A program made the translations under genes and the position numbers. A stretch of 64,000 nucleotides of DNA from Leucoraja ocellata (lineage: Eukaryota): contig JAWMAR010000030.1 of the NCBI GenBank assembly GCA_036785375.1, positions 5,704,001-5,768,000 of the forward strand, read 5' to 3'. Each line of letters begins with the position of its first letter. Position 1 is the stretch's first letter. Below, in pieces: positions 1-14,300 of this stretch. The notes beneath the pieces were generated by a model. That model searched no databases. It was not told the origin of the DNA and saw only the letters and a program-made list of their open reading frames with translations.

Positions 1-318
1 AGCATCTGTGGAGAGAGAATTCTGAGGAAAGATCCTGCAGCTGCAAGATGAATTGTCTCTCTCCAGAATTTCTGCTTGACCTAACAGGACATCTTCAGTA
101 TTTCATGGCCAACAGAGTTGGCTGGCCAAGGGTCCAGACTCTACATTTTAGCTGGTATTCCTTTTCAATATTAATATTTGGACCTCACAGTTTAGCTCCA
201 AGATATTTATGCCTTAGAATGTTTAGTAGTGGCTTTATGTGTGTAAATTGGATAGCATATGTATGATACAGATATGACATTGTGAACATATTACACCACA
301 ATTTTCTCATTGATGTAG

Positions 319-381
319 GGCGAGCCTGGGTCAGAAGGCTTCAAAGGTGATAGAGGTGATCGAGGTCCCCTGGGACTGCCT
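319..381 (+). CDS. COL13A1: COL13A1 exon (63 nt) [21 protein letters not shown]
   Basis: tgtag|GGC...CCT|gtaag; perfect Gly-X-Y. Confidence 0.92.
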
Positions 382-2352
382 GTAAGTTCTATTTTCTGTT
401 ACTGCCATCAATCTGTACTTCTAGCGGATACTGTCAATGTGGGATTTCTGGGCATGAGAGTGAAATTAACATGGTCTACAAATCATATTCATTCTTTAGA
501 CAGCTAATTTTATAGAAACCATCTAACCATAACTTGTGTGTTACCGCACGTTAGACTACCGTTTTTAAAACTAAAAGACACATCAGATTAGGGAATTTTT
601 ATAATTTACCTGTACAGTCAGGTGAGCAGTTCCAGAGGTGAACATCTGCCCACTTAACAACTTCATGTTGAATTCAATCTCTGAAGGGGAGAAATCAACT
701 TGGTCCTTCTGCAGAAACCTACCACTCCTTGACAAGCCATGAATTGTTTTAGTGCGTGCAACCCTCTCAGCCTCACTTCCCATAAAACTGAAAAAACGTA
801 ACATTAAATAGGTTGGCTATTGGCCGGGCTAACTTTCCAAGAAATAAATAGAGTTCCAGGGAATTTTGGGGAGGAGAAGGGCAGTGATGGTAGGGGGCGA
901 AAATAAGGACAACAAAACCAAGTGAGAACCAATCCAACAGCCGCAGAACGAGGAAGGGGGGGCCACGGTGGCGCAGCGGTAGAGTTGCTGCCTTATAGTG
1001 CTTGCAGCGCCGGAGACCCGGGTTTGATCCCAACCACTTGTGCTATAGTATCTGTATGAAGGTTGTACGTTCCCCCTGTGACCTACATGGGTTTGCTCCG
1101 AGATCTTTGGTTTCCTCCCACACTCCAAAAATGTTCAGGTATGTAGGTAAATTGGCTTGGTAAATGTCAAAATTGTCCCTAGTGTGTGTAGGATAGTGTT
1201 AATTTGCGGTGGTTGCTGGTCTTCGCGGACCAGGTGGACCTAAGTGCCTGTTTCCGCGTTGCATCTCTAAACTAAATTAAAATAAAAGGAAAGTAAGCAC
1301 CAATTATGTCTCACTTCCAGAGACTTATTTCTGGGCTTTTTGAGCAAAATGCTGGTCTGAAAATTAAGCCGAGCCTTTCTGAATCAGCATCTACAGTATA
1401 AATCAACACAAACATGGCACATGGGCTAAGCTTGATACTGAGCAGGGTCAAGATTATCAAGAACAAAGTCATAGCTTTTAGACCAGCATTATCCATGTTC
1501 TCTACTGCAGAGTCTGGGTCTTCAGCCATGCATGCAGCTGAAATTCCTTTCATCAAAACTCAATTCAGTATTTTTGCATTCCAAAATTATTCGCAAGGAC
1601 AAATCGAGGCACGGGACATGTTTTTTTAAATGAAAGATTTTTCAAAATGTAACAACAATCTTTAATCATTCATGGTGTCCTAATGAGGAATACTCATAAA
1701 TGAACAGAATTTGCCCATTCATCAAGGCTTCTCAGAATTGGTTTGAAGTTACAGTCTGTCTTCTACCATAACTGTACATTCCTGTCAAATGTCACCATAT
1801 TTGCCAATCCCATTCTTATTCAAAAAGCTATTGAACTGGCTCTTGAAAGTATTGAGCACTCAAAACCCGAGTAAAGTCACATCTCCATATCCCAATTAAG
1901 AGGCGGAACCCTTGTCCTGGGAACATTGTTTTGAGATTCACCATCCAAGAGAAAAACACAATATCCAAGTTGTCAAAGTGTTTAAGAAGGAACTGCAGAT
2001 GCTGGAAAATCGAAGGTACACAAAAATACTGGAGAAACTCAGCTGTTTCGGCCCGAAACGTTGCCTATTTCCTTCGCTCCATAGATGTTGCTGCATCCGC
2101 TGAGTTTCTCCAGCATTTATGTGTACACCCAATTTGTCCAGCCCTCCGAGTGAGATCACAATCCTTCCAGAGGAAACAGAACCATTCTACACAATCTATG
2201 GATAACATCAATAACTATAGGGAAGTCCTTCCTTAGTTCTGGATGATCAACAGAATTTAAAGATTAGGCAGATGGGAAAAAAAAACGCAAGCTTAAATTC
2301 ACTATTAAAGTCACAGAAACATGAGAATATACTAGGTATTGAAAGCTGCAGT

Positions 2353-2393
<41 letters not shown>

Positions 2394-5300
2394 TGAAGTC
2401 TAATGTTGAAATAGCGTATTTCTTTCTGCATTAGATAATCCATTATCCATTGTGTAATGGATAGAAAACAATGCTTTATCACCAACATTGCCATAATTCA
2501 TTATTGATCCAGTGTACATGTATCATAATTCACTTTCAATCACACAAAGTGCTGGTCATATTCACTCTTTGCTAATTGTGAAGATTTGGCATTCGGTATT
2601 TTCAGCTAGTTCCTGTGCTGGTTACCTGTTCTGTAAAATTATTACACAGGTAACTCCTGGTAACCACAATGATGTTTCCATTGCCAATTCACTATCAAAA
2701 TATTAAAGCAAATTCAAAAGCCTGAAATATTCAGCTAAATTGTTTGTGTTTCCAAAAGCTTTCATGTGTGCTGATAGATATGTCAAGTCTTCATCCCTTT
2801 CAACATTATGTCATCACCTTTCATTGAGTTATGCCAGCACATGTCCCTTTTCACTGCTACATTCATTTCTTCCCCACTGTTCTTTCCACTTTTAACACTT
2901 CATACACTGTCCAGGGTGCTTCTGGCTTAGATGGACAGCCTGGACCACTGGTGAGTTCTGTATGTCCATTCTCCTAGATAGTTCGTGCCTGCTACACTGC
3001 TGTTGGACTGCATTGTGAATTTAACATCGCTGGAATCCATGCCTGTACAGTGAATCATTACCATTGTCAATGAAGCATGAGATATATGCCAGTGCATGCG
3101 ACTGCTTAATTAACATTTTGGTTTACCATTCGGATTAGGAAATGCTTAAGTAACGTGACTGTTCAATGGCTACAAATATTGCAGCCACAGCGTTGTAATT
3201 CTGGTAAATTAACAAATGTAGGAAATGAAGAATTAAAATGCTTTTAAACAAAATTAGTTTTGTTGAGCGGGATGCAATTTTGGTTCTAGCAATTGTCCTA
3301 CATTTACATATACCAAAGCAATCTGTGGTTTACAGTAAATCTATCCTGTCTTAGTAGGTCTGAAGCATTTAATGTTGATGTGTAACTTGGGCCTATGATC
3401 TTACTGAGTTATACTGACCAAAGTGGACCCTTCAAATTAAAGTGTAACACATATCCATGCTGCAAGATTTGTTGCACGGATTCCGAAATCATTGCGATAA
3501 AATTCAATTTCGGTCGATTAGAAAGGGTAAAGTACTCATGCCAAATTTCACTCCCAATCTATATTCTCTGGTGTCATTTATGAAACCCCATTGCTAGGCT
3601 GAGCTTCTGCGATTCCATACAGTGGCCTGTACAGTCTTTGATAAGTTAATGTATTGTAAACATCCCATCCATTTAAGCAAGTTAGCATAGAAGTTAATCG
3701 GTTTAGCCAAATTGTTCAGAACACCCCAAGAGAGAAAGTCTCCTCAAAGGTAAACTTTGCAAAAGTGAAGAAAATCCCTCGGTTGTGACTAACTACTTGA
3801 TCCAACCACTAGGTACAGAGTTCCGAAGATCAGAGCAAGAGACATCCCACCTCCCATTGACTAGTATTTCCCTCAAGAACAGGACTAGCTTGTTGATAAT
3901 CAACAATGCCCTGGAATACTGATATTCACCACAAAATACACTTTCCTATTCATACATTCATTACTCAGTGGAACTCGTCAAAATTATAGTCTCTGCCTAA
4001 GGAGCATTGTTGCAAGGTTAGTAGACGCCTAGTAGGACGATTTATGTCCCCACCGGCAGGAACCATGCCCATGAAGTGCTAGCTCTACTACTTGGAAGTG
4101 GCGAACCCTTCTGTAGGGTATAGGTACCTTCATAATCATGTCCAGTAACCAAGACAGCAATTGGCACTGCAGTGTATCAACATTTCAAAGTGTACATTAG
4201 TGAGACTGGATTTCAATTAGATTCATTTCTTTGGCAGCCCACTTGAAAATGCAGATGCACGCTTTCTGTTTAGCTGGTTCTTCCCTTGCTCAGGATTACT
4301 AGATTTTAACAAAATACATCACAGGTTTTCAATAAAATAAGAAATGCACAGACCTAAACATAACTATTCCGTTTTTTATAATATTGGAAAATAAATCACA
4401 GTGTCGAATGAGGCTGAATTATGTCTTATGTTCCCCTGCCTTCTTGAAGGCTCTGAGATTTTTTAAAGGAACATCACCAGCCTATTACTGCAGGGACCGC
4501 TGCAAAATGTAGGAGAATATGCCTTTTTTTTTTAGTTTGTTACTGCAGAATTGGACCCTTGAGCTAGATGCAGCAGATTTTTTTCAACCTTTCATAGTGG
4601 AGACGGAACTTGATCCCTTTTTGTCATGTTATCAGTTCAATATATGTAGGCTGCTCCAGTACTGGATATTCTCTAGTAATTTTGCATTGGAATCAAAAGC
4701 CTCCCTCATCCCTTGCCTCCCTCACACCTCAACCAAAGAATATCTGTCCATTATCCCACTGGAGTAGATATATTTATTTGTCATGTATGCTAATCTGCAT
4801 ATTAAAATAGCAGGAGTTTGTACTTTGCCTCAGAATGTCAGTAGAAAAATGACTGAAGCAATTTACAATGCATTTTCCATATATAATTAATGACCAAGAG
4901 AAATGTCCAGCCTTCACTGTGCTGCATGGTGGCTTGTCCTCAACAGTAGTTTATGTGCATTTTCTCACATGAATCAATACAGTAAGAAAGATTTTAATCC
5001 CACAGTAAATAAAAACCAAAAAAAAACTGCAGATAACAAAGATCTAAAATCTAAAGGAAAAAATCCTGGAAACACATAGTAGATCAGGCAGCATCTTTGG
5101 AAAGTGAAACTGAGTTAATTTTCCGCATTGGATAAAGTGTTTCTCTTTCCTCAGATGCTGCCTGACCTGTTCGATATATCCAACATCTCAATTTTTATTT
5201 CAGATGGTAATTTTAAAAAGCTGAAAAGAATTTGAGTAAGCTCATTAATGTCCCTGTATGCCTGTACTGACAAAATTACTGAGCTTTTTTACTGCATCAA

Positions 5301-8300
5301 TGAGCCAAAGGCTCTTCAGATAGTTATCAGCAATACACAGGGCAACAATCTTATTTTCCCATGGGTACCTGATAAACAAAAGAGGGCCATGCAGACTACA
5401 TTTCCATCTACATAAATTCCACGTAAACGGCCAAGGATTTTATCCTACGGTCTATATTTTCTTTTCATTCACTCGCCCGTCCTAAGAAACAATGTAACTT
5501 GATTGTATTTGTATTGTATTTTAGAACAGAGCCACAAAATGGCAGTGTTAAGTCTCTTGGTTCACCATTTCTAAATTCACCTGTTTGGCCACATAGAAGA
5601 CACAAGAGGAGACACATGAAATTGGTGGGCAGATGAATTCAAGGCACTGCCTCATTTTATATGTTCTACAGATCCTATTCATCACATTGGCAAAACCCAG
5701 GCTTATTTCACCAACAGAAATGCCCCAGTCCTACTAAGAATGCGCTACTTAATTTTCTTTAGGCTGAGCAACTGGTTCATGTACTATTCTCTGAATGATC
5801 TAAGTGCCCTTCCGCTCTAATGCTAGGCCTTTTTTGTTAATGGCATTGTTGCTAGAAAACAGGTGAGGGTAGTGTGTTGTTCTTAAATATATAAATATAT
5901 TCATTTCTATGTAGGGTGTACCAGGGCCAGCAGGACCAAAAGGAGAAAGGGTAAGAGTGAGACGAAATGTGGGCCATTGGGCTAAGGCAATTTCAATTGC
6001 AAATCTCCATGGACACCGTACAGAATAGTAAATAGTTGAATGTAAATGCTTATGACCAATATTTTAATTCCAAGTGATTTTATGTGCAAATTTATTGGTA
6101 TGTATCGTGACTTTTAGGTCCTCACTCCATGTGAGAGATTACAATAGATGGGCATAAAGATTGAATTTATAGTAAAATTAATATATTTTGCATTCTGATA
6201 TAGTGACTACTCATCTTGTGTATATATGGCACAACTGATAAGTGGCAGCATATAGTAATGCCAATTATGCAGTAACCCTACACATGTCCAATTTTGCAGC
6301 TAAGCAGTTAAGAAAACTACAAGCCAATATCTTTGCCTGAACCCTTTACTTGTTTTGATGTTGGTAATTGCTAATGGAAAAAGCATCAGATTCGGGGGAA
6401 GTCATAATTCATTGCCTATGGACATTCAATTATACTTTGTCACATGTACCTAGGTACAGTGAAATGGTTTGTTTTGCATACAACCTGGTAAAATCATGTA
6501 GCAGTCCTCATCCAGGCAGTATACAAGTGTTACTATGTTTTGGTGCCGATGAAGACAGCAAGAGTAACTCAACGCGTCAGGCAGCATCTCTGGTGAACAT
6601 GGATAGTTGACGTATCCTTGGCTAGAGTGCAAGATCTTCCCTCATTGGCAAGATGTACAGCCTTTTTTGAAGGTGCTGTTGATTTCATTACAGGAAACAT
6701 AGAAAATAGGTGCAGGAGTAGGCCACTCGGCCCTTCGAGACAGTACCGCCATTCATGGCTGATCATCCACAATTAGTACCCTGTTCCTGCTTTCTCCTCA
6801 TATCCCTTGATTCTGTCTACCAGAGATCAATTTATAAATGAGTCAGAAGTATAAAATTATCAAAGCCATATTGTTCACTTCCAATCAGGAAACTTACTTG
6901 AAATTCAATCCAAGTATTCAAAATATATGTGGATTGCTCTATCCGAAGCTGTGAGGTTGAACTGAGTACTTAAGCAACATTGACAATGGGCTGGATGAAG
7001 GACAGCATAAATAATAAAAGTGGCTGGAGTTGGTTATCATTTGTTGTTTGAAGTCCAGCTTTGGAAGGAGCAGGACTAAATATTTTTGATTCCCAGCTTG
7101 AATTTCACATGCATTTCTTGTTAGATGTTTGCAATATGGATACAATACCTTCAACGCTGAGCATCATAAATCCTCTCATCGTTTATGATTTTATCTCGGG
7201 TAGGAACTCACAGACAGTTACGGTCATGACCCAGAGGTGAGGTAGGAGCAGTATAAAACTAAATGCCACATGCAGAATTCTATCTTCTCCGAGACAAAAT
7301 AATAAACGTGAAACTACAGCAGAACTCAAGAATTAACAAAGATATCTATACGTCAGTTTAAAAGCCCATGGCTGATCTTTGACACAACTGTATATTTTTC
7401 CTAGACCCTTTCACTAGATCCCATACTACCTATGGTTAATAAAAGATGGATCACACTTCTTGTCATTCTTCAATAATATTTCATCAATATGCCCAAGTTC
7501 TAGACTTCCCCCAAGCAGAAATGGCTTCTCTCTCATCCATCAGTTCCTTTTAATATCTTGTAAACTTCATACAGATCTGCCATAACCTTCTAGATGTACA
7601 GTGAATGGGGCCTTAGATTATATCATCTCCTAATTTATACATTGGAGTCCAGGAAACATTTGGATAGATCAACGTTACTCTTCCAGGGCCAGTATATCCT
7701 TCCAATAATGTAGTGCTTAGAACATGCACACAATACACTCAGTGGTGTGACAAGCAATCATGTAGCTGTAACATCAAACCACAGGTGTGCCAAACATTTG
7801 GAAGCAATGACTGGTATTTCATTGTGTAGGAAGGAACTGCAAATGCTGATTTGAACCGAAGATAGACACAAATAGCTAGAGAAACTCAGCAGGATAGGCA
7901 GCATCCCTTCTTCAGACTGAAAGCCACGGGAAGGGCCTTCGAGAGATATTGGTCTTTTTATTTATTTTAAGCAGAGAGAGGAGGTGATTCTGACTCCTGT
8001 GGGAGTGGAAGTGAATGGTGCGTAGATGGAGCAGTAAGGAGATGTGGGATGTTGTCAGTAATGCAACAAGTCAAGGAGAGAATTAATAGAGATTATTAAG
8101 TCACAGGTAACTTAATAAAGTGGCCACAAAAATCTCAATGTCATGACGTTCATACTAAAGAGATTACACCTTTGAAGAGTGAGGAAGGTATCCGAAGGGC
8201 AGGTCTATTGATTCAAGAACTTTAGAGATTATGACAGGTTGTGTTTAGACATGCACGTGCACTTCCTAGCAAGAGTCATTGAAAATGACCTGAAATGGAG

Positions 8301-11300
8301 CACTGCCAGATTTTTCTTCATTTCCTCAATCTTTGGCATCATTATGGCATCCGCATATAATGATGTCAAATAACTGGGCAATAAACACAGGGTGGTCCTG
8401 GTCAGTATGTCTCGGTTGTACGCAAGCTGATTTAGTTATTGGTCAGCAAAATATATATTTTTCAATGCAAACTTTGTACACCATGTGCATAAGAAAGATA
8501 AAGTGAAACCCATCTAAACATTCATCGCAAGAGCATAAACGTGAGCACATGCCCTCTGTAAGTATTCAACCATGTGCACAAGCTCATCTCAATGAAGAAC
8601 TTTTGTTGTAGCTTTAATTGAAGAAGTTAGTATCAATTGATAGAATTAACACATTTTACTTTGATTATATGGGCTGTTCGCTAATTTTGTTTAATTGGTT
8701 TTGTTTTAGGGCGATAAGGGAGACATGGGAATTTCAGGACCAACGGGACCACGGGGATTACCTGTAAGGACGCTGGTTAATATGTTGTGTTCTGAAATAG
8801 TCTAATTTTAAGTAATGCAGCTGGTGGGATTTGAGTTTCATTTGTGTTTGGTTTGTTATTGGCTTAATATTGTCATGTCCACCAGGACACAGTGAAATAC
8901 TTTGTTTCGTGTGGTATCCAGGCAGATCACATCATTTATGAGAACAATTATACCATATATGGTGCAACAGGTATCCCAAAAAAAGGAAAGGGAGCAGAGT
9001 GCAGAATATAGTGTTATACCTAGAGAAAGTTCTGATTTTAAAAAGTGCAAATGCTGCAACCAGATAGTTTGGAAGATCAGTAAAATTGGGTGGGTTCAAA
9101 ATATAGATTCCAATACAAGTACTCCTAATTCTTGCCAGATGTATCGAGTTAAAATTGGTTTGGTTCATGGCAAGTATGGAATGCGTTTTATATCCCACCA
9201 CATGGTAAAACCAACAGGGAATTAACTGTGACATTAAAACAAATCTACAAAATACTCGTTATTGTTAACGTTATCTCAAGGTTAAATGGTAGACAAAAAT
9301 GCTGGAGAAATTCGGCGGGTGAAGCAGCATCTATGGAGCGAAGGAATAGATGACGTTTTGGGTCGAGACCCTTCTTCAAGATTATATGTATCATCAGGTG
9401 GAGCTTTTAGGAGTATCACTTCCAGTTTGGGTTTCTGGGAAAACTAGTTCTATCAATCAGCACCCTCCTCAATCAATCCAACTCAGATATTAAAGTATAA
9501 TTCAAACCATGGTTGCAAAACCACATATATACATCTTCATATGGACTTTTGATCAACAAAGCTGACCAATTTGTCTACCAGGTCCATAAGAAAGTGCGTG
9601 TGTGCTTTGATTGTTAGCCCCAGCACCACCCCCTTACCTTGGCAAATGCAAAGTTTGAAAATTACCTTTTTAGATGCAACACCAATAAGTGAGGCACAAA
9701 ATCTTTTTTTCTTTCTTTTTTTTTTAAAATATTTTATTTTATTAGAAGTAAGTACAGTCATATGGCACCAAAGTGCCTAATATATATTTTCATAATACAT
9801 TTTATGTACAACTTCTTTTTGAGGCACAAAATAAAAGTAATCCAATGTCTGTACTGTTATCACTGATTGGTATCCCACATCCTGTGGTTTGAATAGTTAT
9901 TATCTGCAAACCGTTGGCTGGTCAATAAAGATCTCCTCTGGAAGCGATCTGACGTTGATGAATTAAGATCACCGTGGTCTCTTGCTCTGTCTCTCTTGCT
10001 TGTAAACCAGTAATACTTTCATTACCGGCTGACCACAGATGGTGTCTAATCAGTGAAGTAATTTCAAATTGAGTTTTATTGATGACTGTGTGTTGCCTCA
10101 TATTAACTCAACTTGAGAAATATGACCTCTGCTAATGTCTTTTTCAGGGTTCACTGGGACCAACGGGTGAAAAGGGAGGCCGGGTAAGAATGAATGGTCT
10201 TCTGCATGGTCTCGTTTATGTGGACAATTATGCTAATATGCATGTTATTGAAGTAAAATATCAGCTTTATTTACAAGGACCATATTTTCCTCTGGATGTT
10301 ACATTTGGGAGGTGTGCAAAAAAAAAGACAAAAAATATAGCAAACAGTAACAAACGTTGTATCTGATTCAATCTGGGAAGCCCTCATGGGAAATGCTGGT
10401 GAGAAACAATGTTCTTCTTTGGATTCATCAAGGGCAGGTTTTGCTAACCATGGGGAGAACTCTGGCAGAATAGCACCTGAATGTTGGGAAGGTGTTTGCT
10501 TGAAGAATAATGAATGAATATGGAATCAGTTGTGCATCAGAAACATGTCCCCTTCCATGCCAAATGTTTTTCCTCTTCATTTATTCCATTTGACCCCATG
10601 AATCCTGGCAACATCCTCATCCTCTGAACACTTTCCAGCTTAATGTTTCCTATCACAAGGTGACCGAATCTGAACACCATATTCCAATTACATCCTCACT
10701 AGTGTCTTGTACAACCGTAACATAATGTCCCAACTTCTATACTCAATTGTGTAGGAAGAAACTGCAGATGCCGGTGTAAACCAAACATAGACACAAAATG
10801 CTGGAATAACTCGTGGGGCATGCAACATCATTCCTTCTCTCCAGAGATGCTACCTGTCCTGCTGAGTTACTCCAGCATTTAGTGTCTATATTCTATACTC
10901 AATTCGCCGACTGATGAAGGCCAGCCTGCCAAAAGCCTTCTTCACCACCCTGTCTACCTTCAATGCCTCCGTCAGGAAACCATTTGTACTCCTAGACCCC
11001 TTTGCTCTGCAACATTCCCCAGGACCCTACATTCACTGTGAAATTGCTGTCCTGGTTTGACACCCCAAAATGCAACACCTCACGTGTATCTGAATCAAAC
11101 TTCATTTTGCCATTCCTTAGTCAACTTTCCTAGCTGATCAAGCTCCATCTGTGAATCTTGACACCCATCTTCACTGTCTATGATAACACCCATTTTAGTG
11201 TCATCTGCAGACTAGCTCGTCATGCCTTGTACATTCTCCTCCAAATCATTGACTTCGATGACAAACAACAATCTGCCTCCAAATCAATAAAGCAACCTTC

Positions 11301-14300
11301 CAACATCACCCTCTGTTTTGTACCATTAAGCAAAGTTGGTATCCCGTTAGCGAGCTCTTCATGGGTCCATTACGATTTAACCTTCCAAAATTGGACAAAT
11401 CAGAAATAAATATAATAACACATATGACTCATATGTGTTATTATATTTATTTCTGATTTGTCCAATTTTCTGTCATTTCTGCTGAATTACATGTATATGC
11501 AATTCCAATAGCTTGTAATTAATATTTTTGGAATAAGAGATTTGTATGTTTTTGCGAATCAGAGGAAAATATTACCCTGGTCATCAGCAAAGTAGAGACC
11601 ATTATAATAATCAACAGCCAGTAATAAAAATATCCAGCCTTAACCGTGTCTTACATGTAATCTAGGGTGCAACTGCACTTTAATTAAAAAGATGGATGTA
11701 ATTTTTTAAGTATCTGTTTGATTTAGGCAAAATCATTTTATTTGAAATTGTCAATTTAAATTATTTAATTTTTCATATCCATTGTACAAAGTAATCCTAA
11801 TTCAAACAGAAATACAAGAGAAAGTGTTGTGAATTGGAATGTGTGTGATATGTGGTAGGTGTTTGAATCATAATGCATTGTTTCTTCTTTTTTGCTATTT
11901 TTCTCCTGTGTTCTTATTCCTTCCGACAGGTCTGCCTTACCCCCCTTTATCCCTTCCTTCTGTTCTACATTAATCCTAAATTATCCTGCTTCCTCCTTCC
12001 TGAAACAGCATTTCCTTCTTCCCGACAGTGATCCTATTTTGCGAGCAAGTCCATAACAGCTCAATTTCTCCTAAACTAATGAACATTCTGACCCTCTAAT
12101 TCATTATCTAATTTGCCTTTATATTTATAAGGAGACTCAAGTTTTAATAAAGTACCCACTGTAATCTCTTTCTAATTTCAAAATAATACAGAACAGGGTA
12201 CAGATTCCATTTTTTAACAACATATTCTGATCCTTAATCATCTTTAAAATATCTTTTTGCTAAAAACTATACTCTGTGCAAAAAAATAAATAACTGAATC
12301 ATAAACTCAAGAAAAAGTACCTGAGTGTTTCCAAACACTGAAGGACTATTTAATCAGTCAGTCTGTTATCAGAAACAATCTTCTGTACGTGTTAGTACAT
12401 CATCAGTATCATACCTTTAAAAAACTTAATGATACTGAAGTTTACAATTAAGTATAACTGTCCTAACAATTTAATCAATGATGAAGCAAATGTTTTAATG
12501 AAACAAATTTGAGATAAAATCTGGAAGTGTTAATTCAACATTCTGTTCTCCCCTTTTTTCTATAGTGTCTTGTTCTTTGACTAATAAAAATATTGTTTGC
12601 AGGGGGAGAAGGGAAAGAGAGGTGCTAAAGGGCCTAAAGGGGATAAGGGAGACCAAGGAGTGCCTGGATTAGATGCACCTTGTCCATTGGTATGTTCTCA
12701 TGATGTCGTTGAAAATGTCAGGTATTGTAATGGAAAAATAAGGGAGGAACTATCACCCCTGCCCAATGGTACCACTGATATGAATTCTTTCAGTGCAAAC
12801 CTGAAGCCTGCTTTCACATATTGATATGGTAACTTGGTCACAAATCTACTTCATTTGGCTGGAGTATCTGCTACCACTGTAATGTGGTTTCAGAGCTCCA
12901 CCTTAATGGTGGACTACATGAACCAAGGTCCAATTGCTCTCCAGTGACAAAACACAGTCAGAAATTCTTGGCCTGCCATATTGGCCCATCTCAATTACTC
13001 AACAGTAATCAAAAATCTTTTCTGGCCTTAAGATTGGCGAGTGTGTCTAATGCAGGTCTGATGGTTTGCATCAAAGTTTCCTTTGTGGTACTTACTGGAC
13101 ATAGAAAGAACGATCTCTGATAACGTGTCACTTTGTCACACGTCGACGTCTGCTCCAATGTCCTCCCTCCTTTCTCCATCTATGTGAAAGTTGATTCAAG
13201 ATGCATTTGTATTAACCAAGTCAGTTCATTTTGTAAACAGGGATTTCGAGGCATTAAAGGAGAAAAAGGTGAACCGGGCTTACCTGGCCTGGATGGGCTT
13301 GACGCCCCTTGCCCATTGGTATGGTGTTACATCCCTCCCCTTCCTGCACGTGAATCATTGTAATCCACTTTCATGCATGCTGGTGAACTAATAACTTCAA
13401 ATGCAACCTAAGAAAGTACTGCTTCAGCCCCACAAATCCATGAAATCCAGTGATGGATATGCTTATTTGCTCATTTTGAAATTCTTTACATATTTGTTCT
13501 ATGCAGTTCTTTTTCTCTACAAATTTGACTACATACACCAAAATACCTCAAATCAAATGATGCTCGATTTACAATTTATGAAGAGAGACCTTTTTCCAGA
13601 CCATACACAAGAATAGCTCACAACATAAACTGCAGACAAAAAGTGAATTAAATTTCATTTTGCCATTCCTTAGTCAACTTTCCTAGCTGACTAGTGCAAG
13701 TAACATACAAATGCAGTTAGCTAAGATTTCATTCCATTTCAAAACTATTTCACTGACGATATGCTACACGACAACGATATGGAAAGTGTTATGTAGATGT
13801 AGGATTAATACATATTTATTTTGAGTTTCTTACATTTCACAGTTGATACTTTAATTTCTAATCAATGTCCATGAATAGTCTTGATAGTAATCTGAAAATT
13901 TCTGTTATTGCTTAAGAAAATACTAATAGAGAACTCTATAAGGACATTTAGACATAAAAACAACATTTTTAGGAAATCAATTGTGAAAGGTGTAATGATA
14001 ATGAAAATTAATCCTTTTACATATTAAAAATGTGACATGTGTAAGAAAGAACTGCAGGTGTTGGTTTAAACTGAAGATAGACACAAAACACTGGAGTAAT
14101 TCAGCAGGACAGGCAGCATCGCTGGAGAGAAGGAATGTGTCGAGACCCTGCTTCAGTTTCCATTTCCCTCTGTCCTTTGACAGTAGATTCAGGCAATTTA
14201 CGATAAAAACAAGCATTCATCACTGAAAATTCTGTCAATTAGTTGAATTTGAGTTAGATATTAATATTGCACCACTAAAATCCCTCCTATTTATAACCCT

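Noticed and set aside
957-1040. tRNA gene
   Set aside because: The A and B boxes belong to the head of a multicopy SINE that continues into a V-domain and LINE tail.
3780-4150. Possible antisense RTE-type LINE 5' remnant
   Set aside because: Too degraded to support a family call by eye.
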